Translations under genes and position numbers: made by a program
Part shown: positions 49,354 to 59,800 of the stretch, in pieces
Layout: the number at the start of each line of letters is the position of its first letter
Numbering within the stretch: position 1 is the stretch's first letter
Notes under the pieces: generated by a model
What the model was told of the DNA's origin: nothing
What the model saw: the letters and a program-made list of their open reading frames with translations, nothing else
The model's database searches: none
NCBI GenBank assembly: GCA_963713505.1
Contig: CAVQMC010000001.1
Span: forward strand, 29,171-93,170
Direction of reading: 5' to 3'
Length of the DNA stretch: 64,000 bases
Origin: an uncultured Ignavibacteria bacterium
Lineage (GTDB): Bacteria > Bacteroidota > Ignavibacteria > Ignavibacteriales > Ignavibacteriaceae

Positions 49354-50301
49354 TTATCCTTTATCAACATCAAATAATGAACTTATAGATTCATTGTTAT
49401 ATGTTCTTCTTATCGCTTCGGCAAAAATATCCGAAGCTGTTATTGTTGAAATTTTTTCTATTGATTTTTCCGAATTCATTGCAATTGTATCGGCGACATA
49501 TAATTTAGTTAATTCTGATTTTGAAATCTTTTCAACCGCAGTGCCAGACAACAAGGGATGAGTAATAGCTCCGTAAATTTTCTTTGCGCCTTTACTTTTT
49601 AAAGCAGTAATTGCACCTACAAAAGTACCTGCGGTATCTATCAAATCATCAACCAGCAATACGTCCTTATTTTCAACTTCACCAATTATATGAACAACTT
49701 CCGCTAAATTTTGTTTTGGTCTTCTTTTATCAATAACCACCAAATTACAATGCAGTCTTTTTGCATAAGACCGAGCCATTTTTATTCCGCCAATATCGGG
49801 TGAAACTACAACCAGGTTTTTAGCTAAATCCTTAAACAACCCTGTAAACATTGTTGAACCGTAAAGGTGATCAAAAGGAATATCAAAAAAACCTTGAATT
49901 TGAGCAGCATGCAGATCCATAGTCATCACCCTATCCGCACCTGCAACAGTAATTAAATTAGCAACAAGTTTTGCAGTAATCGAAACCCTCGGCTGATCTT
50001 TTCGGTCCTGTCTTGAATAACCGAAATAAGGGATAACTGCTGTTATTCTTTTTGCAGATGCTCTTTTTGCAGCATCAATCATAATAAGCAGTTCCAGCAG
50101 ATTTTCCGCAGGAGGGTTTGTTGACTGAATAATAAAAACATCAGAGCCCCTGATATTTTCTCCATATTTTACCCAAATTTCTCCGTCGCTAAAACGTTTC
50201 AATTCCAAAGAACCTAAAGGCTTACCCAATCTTTTTGCAATTTTTTCTGCAAGTGGTAAATTAGAACTTCCGGAGAAAATCTTATAATCGGTTATCGCCA
50301 T
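49354..50301 (-). CDS. prs: ribose-phosphate pyrophosphokinase
   Basis: IPYFGYSRQDRK, DLHAAQIQGFF and VDDLIDTAGT motifs. Confidence 0.95.
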   Translation of the reverse strand: MAITDYKIFSGSSNLPLAEKIAKRLGKPLGSLELKRFSDGEIWVKYGENIRGSDVFIIQSTNPPAENLLELLIMIDAAKRASAKRITAVIPYFGYSRQDRKDQPRVSITAKLVANLITVAGADRVMTMDLHAAQIQGFFDIPFDHLYGSTMFTGLFKDLAKNLVVVSPDIGGIKMARSYAKRLHCNLVVIDKRRPKQNLAEVVHIIGEVENKDVLLVDDLIDTAGTFVGAITALKSKGAKKIYGAITHPLLSGTAVEKISKSELTKLYVADTIAMNSEKSIEKISTITASDIFAEAIRRTYNNESISSLFDVDKG

Positions 50302-50471
50302 ATATAAAAAATGTTTTCGCTATTTTTTAAAAAATAGACAAGAAATATAATTAATAAGTAAAGTTAAGTCAATAAATTGTTTAATAATTGTGAAGTGTTT
50401 TTGTTTATGAAATTATCAAAAAGTCTTTTTTTTATCTATAATTCAACATTTTTGGTAGACTGATCTAGTTT

Positions 50472-51125
50472 TTAATCTTTTTTCTTTCTAAACAAAAAGA
50501 TTATTACAATTAATAGTACTAAGCCGGACAAAATATAAATCCATGAAGGAGTTTCTTTCAATTTAAATGGTCTGAATGTGACCGAAATGGTTTTTCCTCT
50601 GCCAATATCCGAAAGAGAATATTTCCAGATTAAAGTTCTGCCTTCTTTACCAGTTGCATTGTGCGTAACAATTTCGCCCCCGAAAGTATATTTATATTCA
50701 ACATAATAATTGCTGCCGTCAATTCCGAAACCTGTAGCGATAGGAGGAATAAATTGAGTAAATATTTTCTGACCTTCAGCACCGTCTCTTAAAGAAAAAT
50801 TTGCATCTGTAAATGCTTTGGTATTATTTAATGAATCAATATGATTAAATGCTATATCTACGATAGCATGAGTGGTACTGTCTGTTGAATCAGAATAAAC
50901 TTTAATGTAATCAACAGTGTTGTATTTTGAAGAAAATTCATTTTTAATTGAATCAGGATTGAAAATTCCGATTTTATTTAAAACTTTCAGACTTTCATTA
51001 TCTGGAAGTTTCATCCAATAGTGAATTTTCATTGTTCCTGAGCCATCGGAATATAATTGTACGTCCTGTATATAGTTAATGCAGCCAGGAATTAGTAAGA
51101 ATAATAACAGAACAATTTTTTTCAC
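50472..51125 (-). CDS. hypothetical protein with N-terminal lipoprotein-like signal and C-terminal TM anchor
   Basis: MKKIVLLLFLLIPGC at the N-terminus. The C-terminus is a hydrophobic helix WIYILSGLVLLIVIIFLF followed by RKKKD. No family recognised. Confidence 0.4.
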   Translation of the reverse strand: MKKIVLLLFLLIPGCINYIQDVQLYSDGSGTMKIHYWMKLPDNESLKVLNKIGIFNPDSIKNEFSSKYNTVDYIKVYSDSTDSTTHAIVDIAFNHIDSLNNTKAFTDANFSLRDGAEGQKIFTQFIPPIATGFGIDGSNYYVEYKYTFGGEIVTHNATGKEGRTLIWKYSLSDIGRGKTISVTFRPFKLKETPSWIYILSGLVLLIVIIFLFRKKKD

Positions 51126-51249
51126 AATATTAATAATTTGGTTAAAAATTTAGTTCAATAAAAACTAATTAGTTAAGGTGCCTTAAGTTATAGAATTTTT
51201 AAGAATTTTTCATTAAGTTTTTGCCGCTAAATTTACGGAGGTAATTATT

Positions 51250-51525
51250 ATGCCTACATACGATTATAAATGTTTAGAATGTGGCCATAAATTTGAGATG
51301 TTTCAATCAATGACAGCAGATCCGATTAAAAAATGTCCGGAATGCGGTGGTAAAGTTAAAAGATTGATTGGTGCCGGCGCAGGACCGATTTTTAAAGGAA
51401 CGGGTTTTTACCAGACCGATTATAAAAACAATTCTGCTCCGAAACTTTCAAACGGAACAAGTAAAAAAACGGAAACCAAAAGTAATTCGACGAATAAGGA
51501 AGGTTCAAAAGAAAAGAAAAAATAA
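51250..51525 (+). CDS. FmdB-family zinc-ribbon protein
   Basis: MPTYDYKCLECGHKFE...CPECGG...RLIG matches the CxxC_CxxC_SSSS (FmdB) signature. Confidence 0.8.
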   Translation: MPTYDYKCLECGHKFEMFQSMTADPIKKCPECGGKVKRLIGAGAGPIFKGTGFYQTDYKNNSAPKLSNGTSKKTETKSNSTNKEGSKEKKK

Positions 51526-51526
51526 A

Positions 51527-51556
51527 AGCATTGAAGAAAAGCCTTCAATGCTTTTT
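51527..51556. terminator. hairpin terminator between convergent genes
   Basis: Stem AGCATTGAAG / CTTCAATGCT with a 6-nt loop, followed by TTTT. Confidence 0.7.
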
Positions 51557-51578
51557 AAATTCCTGATTTATATATTGA

Positions 51579-54500
51579 TTAGAAGTCTGCACCTAACGAT
51601 ACATAGAATTTCGCCTTAGAAAAAGTATTGTAATTATAAGCCCAGGCTACATCAAATCTGACTAAGAAGTATAAGAAGAATAATCTTGCACCCACGCCTG
51701 TTCCCATTAATAAGTTATCTGTAATAATATTTCCGTTATTATTTCTTTTAAAGAATCTTAAATCTTTATTTCTATCCCAAGCTGTACCGGCATCTATAAA
51801 TGCAACACCCATTATATTATTAAAGAATAACGGTAAGCCGCCGGTAAGTAAATATCTTATTAAAGGAAATCTTAATTCTAAATTCATTAATCCGTATTTA
51901 GTTCCAATTTCCTGAGCATAATCATATCCTCTTAAAGGAACTGCTGCGGTTAGGAAAACGAAATCTGTTGCTGAAGTCAGCGGGATATCTGTTGTAGCAA
52001 ACTTCCTATTTATCCAATTATCGGTTCCTCCGATAAAAAATCTCTGCGGATTTTTACCGCCTGAGTAACCGCCTGATAATCTAAATACAAAGGAATATTC
52101 ATCACCAAGTTTAAAGTAAGTTCTGTAATCTCCAACTGCTGAATAAAATGATAATTTACTGTTGAACATTGGATTACCAAGTAAATCGAATCTATAACGT
52201 GTTCCGTCAATTGGCGCAGTGTTTCCCCAAAGTACATTATCATGAATTAAACTTACTGAAGGAACTATTAAAGATGCTTTATCAATTGCTTCGGCAGTAT
52301 TATCCAGATTTTCTTTAGAAACATTTAACCAGCTTAATCCCATATCAATTCTATAAAATTTATTTAAGGGATATCCAACTGATAAAACTGCACCATAATT
52401 TCTGAATCTATAAAGATTATAGCCAAAACCACGGCTTAAATAAACAAATCTTGCAGTGTGGAAGGCTTCAATTCCATAATTAATTCTTTGAGGCAAATAG
52501 TAATAAGCCAATCCATAATCACTGTTTTTTAGATCTATTTGTAAACCTGTAACTCCAATCAGCCTATGGTTTCCCAATACATCGCTAAACGAAATTATTG
52601 TTGTTCCAAGCAGTCCATAAAGTGAACTATAACCAGCATTGGCATAAACTATATCGGGAGAGAAAGTAATTTTATATTTGTTTACTTTGAAGTCGCCTCT
52701 TTTATCCAGATTATCTGTTAATTGAAATTGTTCCTTGTTCGAATTTGTTGTATCGTAAACTAAGTTTTTGTTTTCACCGCCGAATACATAATTATTAAAA
52801 TCAATTTTTACAGTATCACCTTGAACTTTTGAAGTATCTAAAATTGATCCGGTTACGATATCAATATTTCCTCTGTCAACATTTTCTTCTTTAGATTCTT
52901 CCTCACTAACCTGTATTTCCGGTTTTTCTTTCTTTTGATACCTTAAATCGGCAATATATTTTGTTAAAGGCAGTGTTTTTTCATCGAGATTAATTTGGAA
53001 AGGATTATTCAATAAAAAGATATTAAAAGCTCCTTTATAAAAAGTAGAAAAGGTTAATTTCTTTCCGTCTTGAGATAATGATAATTGATACAATCCATTT
53101 AAAGAATTAGTAACAGGGATTGCTTCCAACTCTGCTACAGCTTTTACGGAATCATCATTATCAAGCACCACTCTTTTTTTATAAATATTTGTAATTCCAT
53201 TTAAATCAGAAATGAATAATATTTCTTTTCCATTCGGGCCTACTGCCGGTGAACTTTCGCTGCTGTTTGGAGTATCTGTAATTCTTTCAATTTTTTTATC
53301 TGTTACATTTACAGAATAAAGATCATCTTGAGAATAGTTATGGTTATAAATTTTAAAGTCTTTGTACATTCTATTTTCATAAAGATCATTTCCTCTATCC
53401 GATGCAAAATAAATTTCTTTATCATCATTGGACCATGCCGGATCTTTATCCGAAAATATATCATCTGTCAAATTTGTTAACTCTTTTGTTTTGAGATTAT
53501 AAACATAAATATCGGATTGTTTGGCATTGTGGCCGACAAAAGTAATTAAATCACTTTGATGAGACCAAGTAACACTGCTTATTCCTTCTAGTGAAACCGG
53601 TAATGTCTCTCTATCTTCAGTATCAACATCAATTATATAAATTACATCAAACCCGTTACTCTTTGCAGATAATGCGATTTTTTTACCATCGGGAGACCAG
53701 GTTAAGCCGGGAGTAATAACATTTAATTCCTCAAAATCAGGAGTTCTGTTTCCCTTTACCAAACGCTTAATAATTTTTCCATCCAATGCATCCATCAAAT
53801 AAACATCAAAGTAATAATCTCTATTTGATATAAACGCAATCTTATCGCCTTGCGGAGAAATAGCAGGACTTGTATTATAAAATCCGCCGTCTTTTTCCGG
53901 ATCAGTTAATCTTTTTGCAAATTCATCGGGATCTTTATGAATTGCAATATCCGGCCAAAAAGTTTTCTTAATATCTTTTTTCCATCTTTCGTTTAGTTCT
54001 TTTAAAGATATTCCAATCGTTTCTTTTAATGCACTGTTAACATTCCCAGTACTTTTTATTTTATTAACAAGCTGTCCGATTTTTTCTTTACCGTATTTTT
54101 TTGCTATATAATGAAAAACTGCTTCACCGCCTCTATAAGCAAAGTAACCGTTCAATTGTTGTATATCGGGAAGATATTCATTTATGGCAGCATCTCTTAT
54201 AAACATATCTGTATTTATATCCCAGCCTAAGGCTTGATACTCAGCCATTCCTTCATTAAACCAAAGCGGAAGATTAACGCTGATGTTATTTGAAATTATA
54301 TTTTGAATTGAACCACCGTAAAACATATCATTAATAACAGCATGTGTTAACTCGTGATGAATTAAATGTTCAAACTGTTTATAAGATCCCATGAATTGAA
54401 TGACTACCCGGTTCTTAAATAATTCAGTAAAACCTTCAATACCTTCGGTTAAATATTGATCGGTAATATTTGTTTCCTGAAAATCATTAGTGGAGTTATA

Positions 54501-54755
54501 AATAATTATAGAAATTCTATTATTAATTCTATAATTAAAACTTTCTTGAATAGATTTTAAAGACTTCTCAGCAATTTTTGAAGCGAACTCAGCTAAATCC
54601 CCTCCGTTATCGGTGAAATAAATATCAAAATGATCTGTTTGAATATAATACCAAGTAAAGTCTTTATATTGGACTTTATTCTTTCCAAACTGAGCAAACG
54701 CGGAAGCTCCGGAAAAAAATAAAATGGCAACTAAATAAATAGTAAATTTTTTCAT
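51579..54755 (-). CDS. chimeric outer-membrane protein: peptidase_MA-like (HExxH) domain + PD40/TolB-like beta-propeller + Omp85/surface-antigen beta-barrel
   Basis: - Signal peptide (ASAFAQ).
- HELTH at 54342..54356, followed by WFNEGMAEY (Peptidase_MA_2 pattern).
- Repeated PD40-like segments (SPQGDKIAF, WSPDGKKIA, PAWSNDDKEIYF, SPAVGPNGKEILF, LSQDGKKLTF).
- C-terminal Omp85 blocks (FFIGGTDNW, LRGYDY, MNLELRFPL, AFIDAGTAW) ending in ..LGADF. Confidence 0.7.
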   Translation of the reverse strand: MKKFTIYLVAILFFSGASAFAQFGKNKVQYKDFTWYYIQTDHFDIYFTDNGGDLAEFASKIAEKSLKSIQESFNYRINNRISIIIYNSTNDFQETNITDQYLTEGIEGFTELFKNRVVIQFMGSYKQFEHLIHHELTHAVINDMFYGGSIQNIISNNISVNLPLWFNEGMAEYQALGWDINTDMFIRDAAINEYLPDIQQLNGYFAYRGGEAVFHYIAKKYGKEKIGQLVNKIKSTGNVNSALKETIGISLKELNERWKKDIKKTFWPDIAIHKDPDEFAKRLTDPEKDGGFYNTSPAISPQGDKIAFISNRDYYFDVYLMDALDGKIIKRLVKGNRTPDFEELNVITPGLTWSPDGKKIALSAKSNGFDVIYIIDVDTEDRETLPVSLEGISSVTWSHQSDLITFVGHNAKQSDIYVYNLKTKELTNLTDDIFSDKDPAWSNDDKEIYFASDRGNDLYENRMYKDFKIYNHNYSQDDLYSVNVTDKKIERITDTPNSSESSPAVGPNGKEILFISDLNGITNIYKKRVVLDNDDSVKAVAELEAIPVTNSLNGLYQLSLSQDGKKLTFSTFYKGAFNIFLLNNPFQINLDEKTLPLTKYIADLRYQKKEKPEIQVSEEESKEENVDRGNIDIVTGSILDTSKVQGDTVKIDFNNYVFGGENKNLVYDTTNSNKEQFQLTDNLDKRGDFKVNKYKITFSPDIVYANAGYSSLYGLLGTTIISFSDVLGNHRLIGVTGLQIDLKNSDYGLAYYYLPQRINYGIEAFHTARFVYLSRGFGYNLYRFRNYGAVLSVGYPLNKFYRIDMGLSWLNVSKENLDNTAEAIDKASLIVPSVSLIHDNVLWGNTAPIDGTRYRFDLLGNPMFNSKLSFYSAVGDYRTYFKLGDEYSFVFRLSGGYSGGKNPQRFFIGGTDNWINRKFATTDIPLTSATDFVFLTAAVPLRGYDYAQEIGTKYGLMNLELRFPLIRYLLTGGLPLFFNNIMGVAFIDAGTAWDRNKDLRFFKRNNNGNIITDNLLMGTGVGARLFFLYFLVRFDVAWAYNYNTFSKAKFYVSLGADF

Positions 54756-54769
54756 TAGGAATACCTCAT

Positions 54770-56866
54770 TTATTCCACAATTAAAAAATCTAATTCAGCC
54801 TTCTCCGAATCAACCCGCACTAACTTAACTTGCACTTTATCTCCAAGTCTGAACTGTTTTTTTGTCTTTCTACCAATTAAGGAATATTTTTTTTCATCAT
54901 AAACGTAAAAATCTCCCTCCAAATCTTTCAGTCTAACTAAACCTTCTGCTAAAATATCGAATAATTTAACAAAAATCCCGAAATGAGTGATACCTGAAAT
55001 AATTGCATGAAATTCCTCCCCAATATGACCTTCCAGAAACTCAATTTGTTTCAATTTAATTGATTGTCTCTCAGCATCTATTGCGTCTCTTTCGCAGTTG
55101 GAAATATGATCACAAATTTCATCTAATTCATTTAGAGAATATTCAGTTTTATTTGAATTTTCGAGATAATTAAACAATAATCTGTGAACCATTAAATCTG
55201 CAAATCTTCTTATTGGTGAAGTAAAATGTGAATAATATTGAAATCCTAATCCATAATGCCCAATATTATGAACCGAATAAATAGCTTTTGCCATTGAGCG
55301 AATTGCAAGTTCATTGATCAATGCTTCTTCTTCTGTTCCGTGAACGCTCATCATTAATAACTGAAATTGAGTAGAATTTTTAGCAGCATTCGGGTCAAAA
55401 GGATATCCTAAAGATTTAACAAAATTTGCAAATTCAAATATTTTGTCTTTATCCGGCAAATCGTGAACTCGATAAATAAATGGTTTAACTTGTTTCTTTT
55501 TCGGGACAGCAATATGTTTGGCAACTATTTTATTTGCCATTAACATAAATTCTTCAACAAGCATATTACTTTCCTGAATTTCTTTTCTTTCTATTTTGAT
55601 AGGTTTCCCTTCATCATCAAGTTCAAATTTCACTTCGGGAGTAAAGAAATCTATACTTCCTTCTCTCATCCTTTTTTTTCTTAAAGTTCGAGCCAAAGAA
55701 TTTAATTGAAGAATATCTTTGGAAAAGTCACCTTCTTTAGATTCAATTATTTTTTGAACTTCTTCATATGTATATCTTCTGGAACTTTTTATAATTGATT
55801 TCTTTATTTGATAATCAACTATTTTTCCTCTTTTAGTAAGCTGCACAATTACAGAATAAGTTAACCTTTCTTTATTTGGGACAAGCGAACAAATGTTATT
55901 GCTCAGTTTTTCAGGAAGCATTGGGATAACACTTCCAACCAAATAAACAGAGTTTCCACGGTTTAGTGCTTCATGATTTAAAGCCGATTTGGAAGTAACA
56001 TAATGACTAACATCTGCAATATGAACTCCAACAGAATAATTTCCGTTATCTAATATTTCAATTGAAAGAGCATCATCAAAATCCTTTGCATCAACTGGGT
56101 CAATGGTAAATACTGTTTTTTTTCTGTAATCTAATCTCGATTCTATCTCCTTTTCATCAATATCAGAAGTAATTTTATCTGCTTCGGATATAACTTCTTT
56201 CGGAAATTTATACGGGAGATTAAATTCTCTTGCTATTGCAACAGAGTCAGTTTCTTTTGATCCAGGCTTGCCGATAACTTCAATTACTTCTCCCTCGGGA
56301 TTAAGCATTGAAGTATTCCATGAAATATTGCTTACAATTACCTTATCACCAACTTTAGCTCCATTTATTTGCGAGTTATCAATATAAATATCTCTGTGAA
56401 TTTTGGAATCATCCGGTTTAAGAAAATAAAATGATTTTGATTTTTTTATAACTCCTACAATTTCTTTTCTTTTTCTCTTTACAACATTTATTATTTGACC
56501 TTCAATATTCTTTCTTTTTCGTTCGGCAAATAAAACTACTTCAACAGTGTCACCGTCAAATGCAGTCCCTAAATTTCTTGCAGCAATAAAAATATCACCT
56601 AAATTAGAATTTTTAAGAATTACAAATCCATAACCGTTTTGATTTACCTGTAAAGTTCCGGTAACTCGATTTGTCTCAAGTAAACTGCCTAAAGAATATT
56701 TTTTGTTTCTTTTAATTAAAAACCCTTCTTCAACCAAGTCATGAAGCATAGCTTTTAAAGAACTGTATTCAAAATCAGTTGCCAGATTTAATTTTTTCGA
56801 AATTTCTTTCGGTTTAAATCCTCTGCCGGGATTTTTTTTAAAAAATGCTTTAACCTTTTTTTTCAT
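54770..56866 (-). CDS. rnr: ribonuclease R
   Basis: N-terminal HTH/cold-shock-like region, RNB catalytic domain (DPVDAKDFDDA, HIADVSHYV, FTSPIRRFADL) and a C-terminal S1 domain. Confidence 0.9.
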   Translation of the reverse strand: MKKKVKAFFKKNPGRGFKPKEISKKLNLATDFEYSSLKAMLHDLVEEGFLIKRNKKYSLGSLLETNRVTGTLQVNQNGYGFVILKNSNLGDIFIAARNLGTAFDGDTVEVVLFAERKRKNIEGQIINVVKRKRKEIVGVIKKSKSFYFLKPDDSKIHRDIYIDNSQINGAKVGDKVIVSNISWNTSMLNPEGEVIEVIGKPGSKETDSVAIAREFNLPYKFPKEVISEADKITSDIDEKEIESRLDYRKKTVFTIDPVDAKDFDDALSIEILDNGNYSVGVHIADVSHYVTSKSALNHEALNRGNSVYLVGSVIPMLPEKLSNNICSLVPNKERLTYSVIVQLTKRGKIVDYQIKKSIIKSSRRYTYEEVQKIIESKEGDFSKDILQLNSLARTLRKKRMREGSIDFFTPEVKFELDDEGKPIKIERKEIQESNMLVEEFMLMANKIVAKHIAVPKKKQVKPFIYRVHDLPDKDKIFEFANFVKSLGYPFDPNAAKNSTQFQLLMMSVHGTEEEALINELAIRSMAKAIYSVHNIGHYGLGFQYYSHFTSPIRRFADLMVHRLLFNYLENSNKTEYSLNELDEICDHISNCERDAIDAERQSIKLKQIEFLEGHIGEEFHAIISGITHFGIFVKLFDILAEGLVRLKDLEGDFYVYDEKKYSLIGRKTKKQFRLGDKVQVKLVRVDSEKAELDFLIVE

Positions 56867-59800
56867 TAAAACTCAAACCTATATTTTAATCCTAATTCAT
56901 TAATCATTTCATTAGCAATTCCATTTTCAGAAAGTGCTTCTTTTCTTTCTAATCTTAAAATTAAACTTTGAAAAAGAGGATATTCAACTTTAACATTAGC
57001 TCGGCTAATATCTTGAAAAACTTCTGTAGTTCCTCCAATTGTATACCGGAATTTCTGTACCTTTCCGCTTAAATTAAACTTTGTTTGTGATCCGACCTGC
57101 CTCACTTCAAAATTTCGTACATAATCACCAAATTGCTGATTTAAAAAACTTCCCAGCAACGAACCGGCTAATGAAGTTGCAACAGAAGCTGCCGCACTTC
57201 TTTGCTGTTGAGTTGCTCCTTCAGTAAAGGAACCGGTTATAATGAACATTATTGCATCAGTTTTAGTATAAGCCGGGTCAGGAGTGTCATCTTGTATTGC
57301 TTTTTCACCATAATAAACCGCAATATTATTTTGTTCACTTTGGAAATTTTTACCCAGATCATCCAGAGGACCTTTTATTTTGATTTTTACTGCAACAGGA
57401 ACTTCTTGAACATTTGAAGAATCTGATGCAGGTGTATAGTAATCAGAATAAGTTGCAACTATATCCAAATTGGGATTAGTAACATCACCTTCAAATTTAA
57501 TTGTTCCATCAGCTTTAAAAGATTTAATAAATTTCAAAGTTGAACCATCCAACAAACTCAACTGACCTTGTGCGTTATTTCTTCCGCTTAAATTTTCGTA
57601 AGTAAAATTACCCTGCAAAAGTGCAGTTAAATTTTGATTCAACTCTTGAGATAGTACTACGGATAATTGAGCTTCATTTTGAACATTGACATTTATGCTG
57701 TATTGTATATTACTTTTCTGGGCCGGTTTCACATTTTTTCTGGCTTCTCTTTCTTTAGCAAGTTTTACCAGACTTTCAAAATCCATTTCTTTTGTTTGCT
57801 TAGTTGAATCAACAACATATTTATAAACAAAATTTGATGAGTTTCCTAATCTCATTTGTTTTGGTAAATACGTTAGTTTTGCATATTCAACATCAACCGG
57901 TGCTTTTATCAGCATTCCGTTTTTATCAATCTGTAATTCTAAGTTTCCATTCGTACTGATTACAAGATCACCATAAATTGATTTTGTAGCACTTTTAGAA
58001 ATATCACCCAATACTTTTAAAGTTCCGTTCAAATAAATTTGTGAAGATGTTACTTCCAAATTATTTAGAAATGCCTTACCCGAACCGGTCATTTGACCGC
58101 CATTTTTTGTATCGACGTTTTTAATTAACAAACTGTCAATTGTAATTGCTTCTTTATTAACACTAAGTTTTAATCCTGCACCATATTCAAGATTATTAAA
58201 TTCACCTACAAAATCCGCATCGTGTAAGCGTATATAACCTGATGGATTTATATTATCTAATGTTCCGGTTAATTTAAGATCTGCAACAAGATAACCTTTT
58301 AATTTATTTATCTTTGGTAAAAGATTGCCAAAAGATGCCAAATTGAATTGATCGGCTTTGAATACTAAATTAAATTGTTTAGACTTTATCATTCTTTCCT
58401 TAACTGAAACAAAACTTAAATCTATCGGCAAATTTCCATTTACAAGCAGAGCCGGGCCTTTTGAATAAATAAGAGAATCTAAAAATTTTAAGTCTACATT
58501 TAAATTCTGATTTTTATAATTTAAAAGAACCGTTCAGCTCACCGAATCTTTTTTTCTTAAAAAGTATTCTGCTTGTATTAAGATCCACATTAATAATAGG
58601 ATTATTAAGCGTTCCTGTAATCTTAGAATTAATATTAATGTTAAAGTCAGGACTTTCAGTTGAATCGATATTTTCAATATTTGTTATTAAATCTAAAGCA
58701 CTGAAATTTTTAATGTTGAATTTAAAATTTTGAGAACCATCGTCCCTTAGATCACCAACCAAACTGATTTGGCCATTTTTATGTACTAAAACAAAATCAT
58801 TTATTTCTGTTTTATCTCTTGAATAAAGGACAGAAATTGATTTACTATTACTCAAATCAAATTTATTATAAAAGACATTAAGAGAATCAATTTTTAATTT
58901 TGCTCGATCATTATTTAAATCAACTTTGCTTACTATATTTATTCCGGCATAGTCTTCCAATTTACCGGAAAATGCAATAGATGCCGAATCATTTTTATAA
59001 TCCATATTTAAGTATAAATCATAAAAATCATTCCCGGTAAAAACCCTATCGGTTTTTAATAAAATTTTAGTATTAATATCACTCAGTAAGTCTGTGTTAA
59101 AATTGTTATCCAGATCTAAATTTAATGAAAGGTTTGAAAGGAAAAATACATCTGTACTGCCCCAAAATTTTACATAAGCAAGGTTGGTATTAAATTTTAA
59201 ATAAAATGAACTTAAATCATTTTCAATCTGTCCGCTAATATATCCGTCAAGTTCTAATTGATTATCTCCCAAGAATAACGAGAGCAGACTAAAGTCTTTA
59301 AACTCTACAACATACTTCATATTTAAAGTAGAATCCATTTGAAGCGGCTGCAAATTATAATCCGAAATTAATGCAGAATCTTTAGCAGTTTCAGAACTGT
59401 TGGATTTTTTAATATTGTTAAACTGATTTATTTTGTGTTTTATAGCTCTTTCAACATACTTATCTTCATAACTTACCAATTTTATGGTTTGATCCAATGT
59501 ATAGTGGCCAGTTAAAGTTATATCAGCAAGATCCGAAATAATATTTACAACTCTTTGCCCTTTTTCATCTTTATGTAAATCCACAATTGCACGGGTACTA
59601 TCTATTACAATATCATTTATTGAGGAATTGTACATCTTTAAACTAAGAAACAGATCAAGGTTATCAGGGTTAAAATTTTGTCCGGTCGCATCTAAACTAA
59701 AATTAAGATGTGTGTTTACAGATGTATCTTTTGAAACATCAGCAACATTAAAATCTTTTAAAGATCCCTTAATATCATAAGAAGGATTTTTTTCATCGGT

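Noticed and set aside
51368-51619. 83-aa plus-strand ORF overlapping the FmdB gene and the downstream terminator
   Set aside because: It is out of frame with the FmdB zinc-ribbon CDS and runs through the terminator hairpin into the convergent gene. Spurious.
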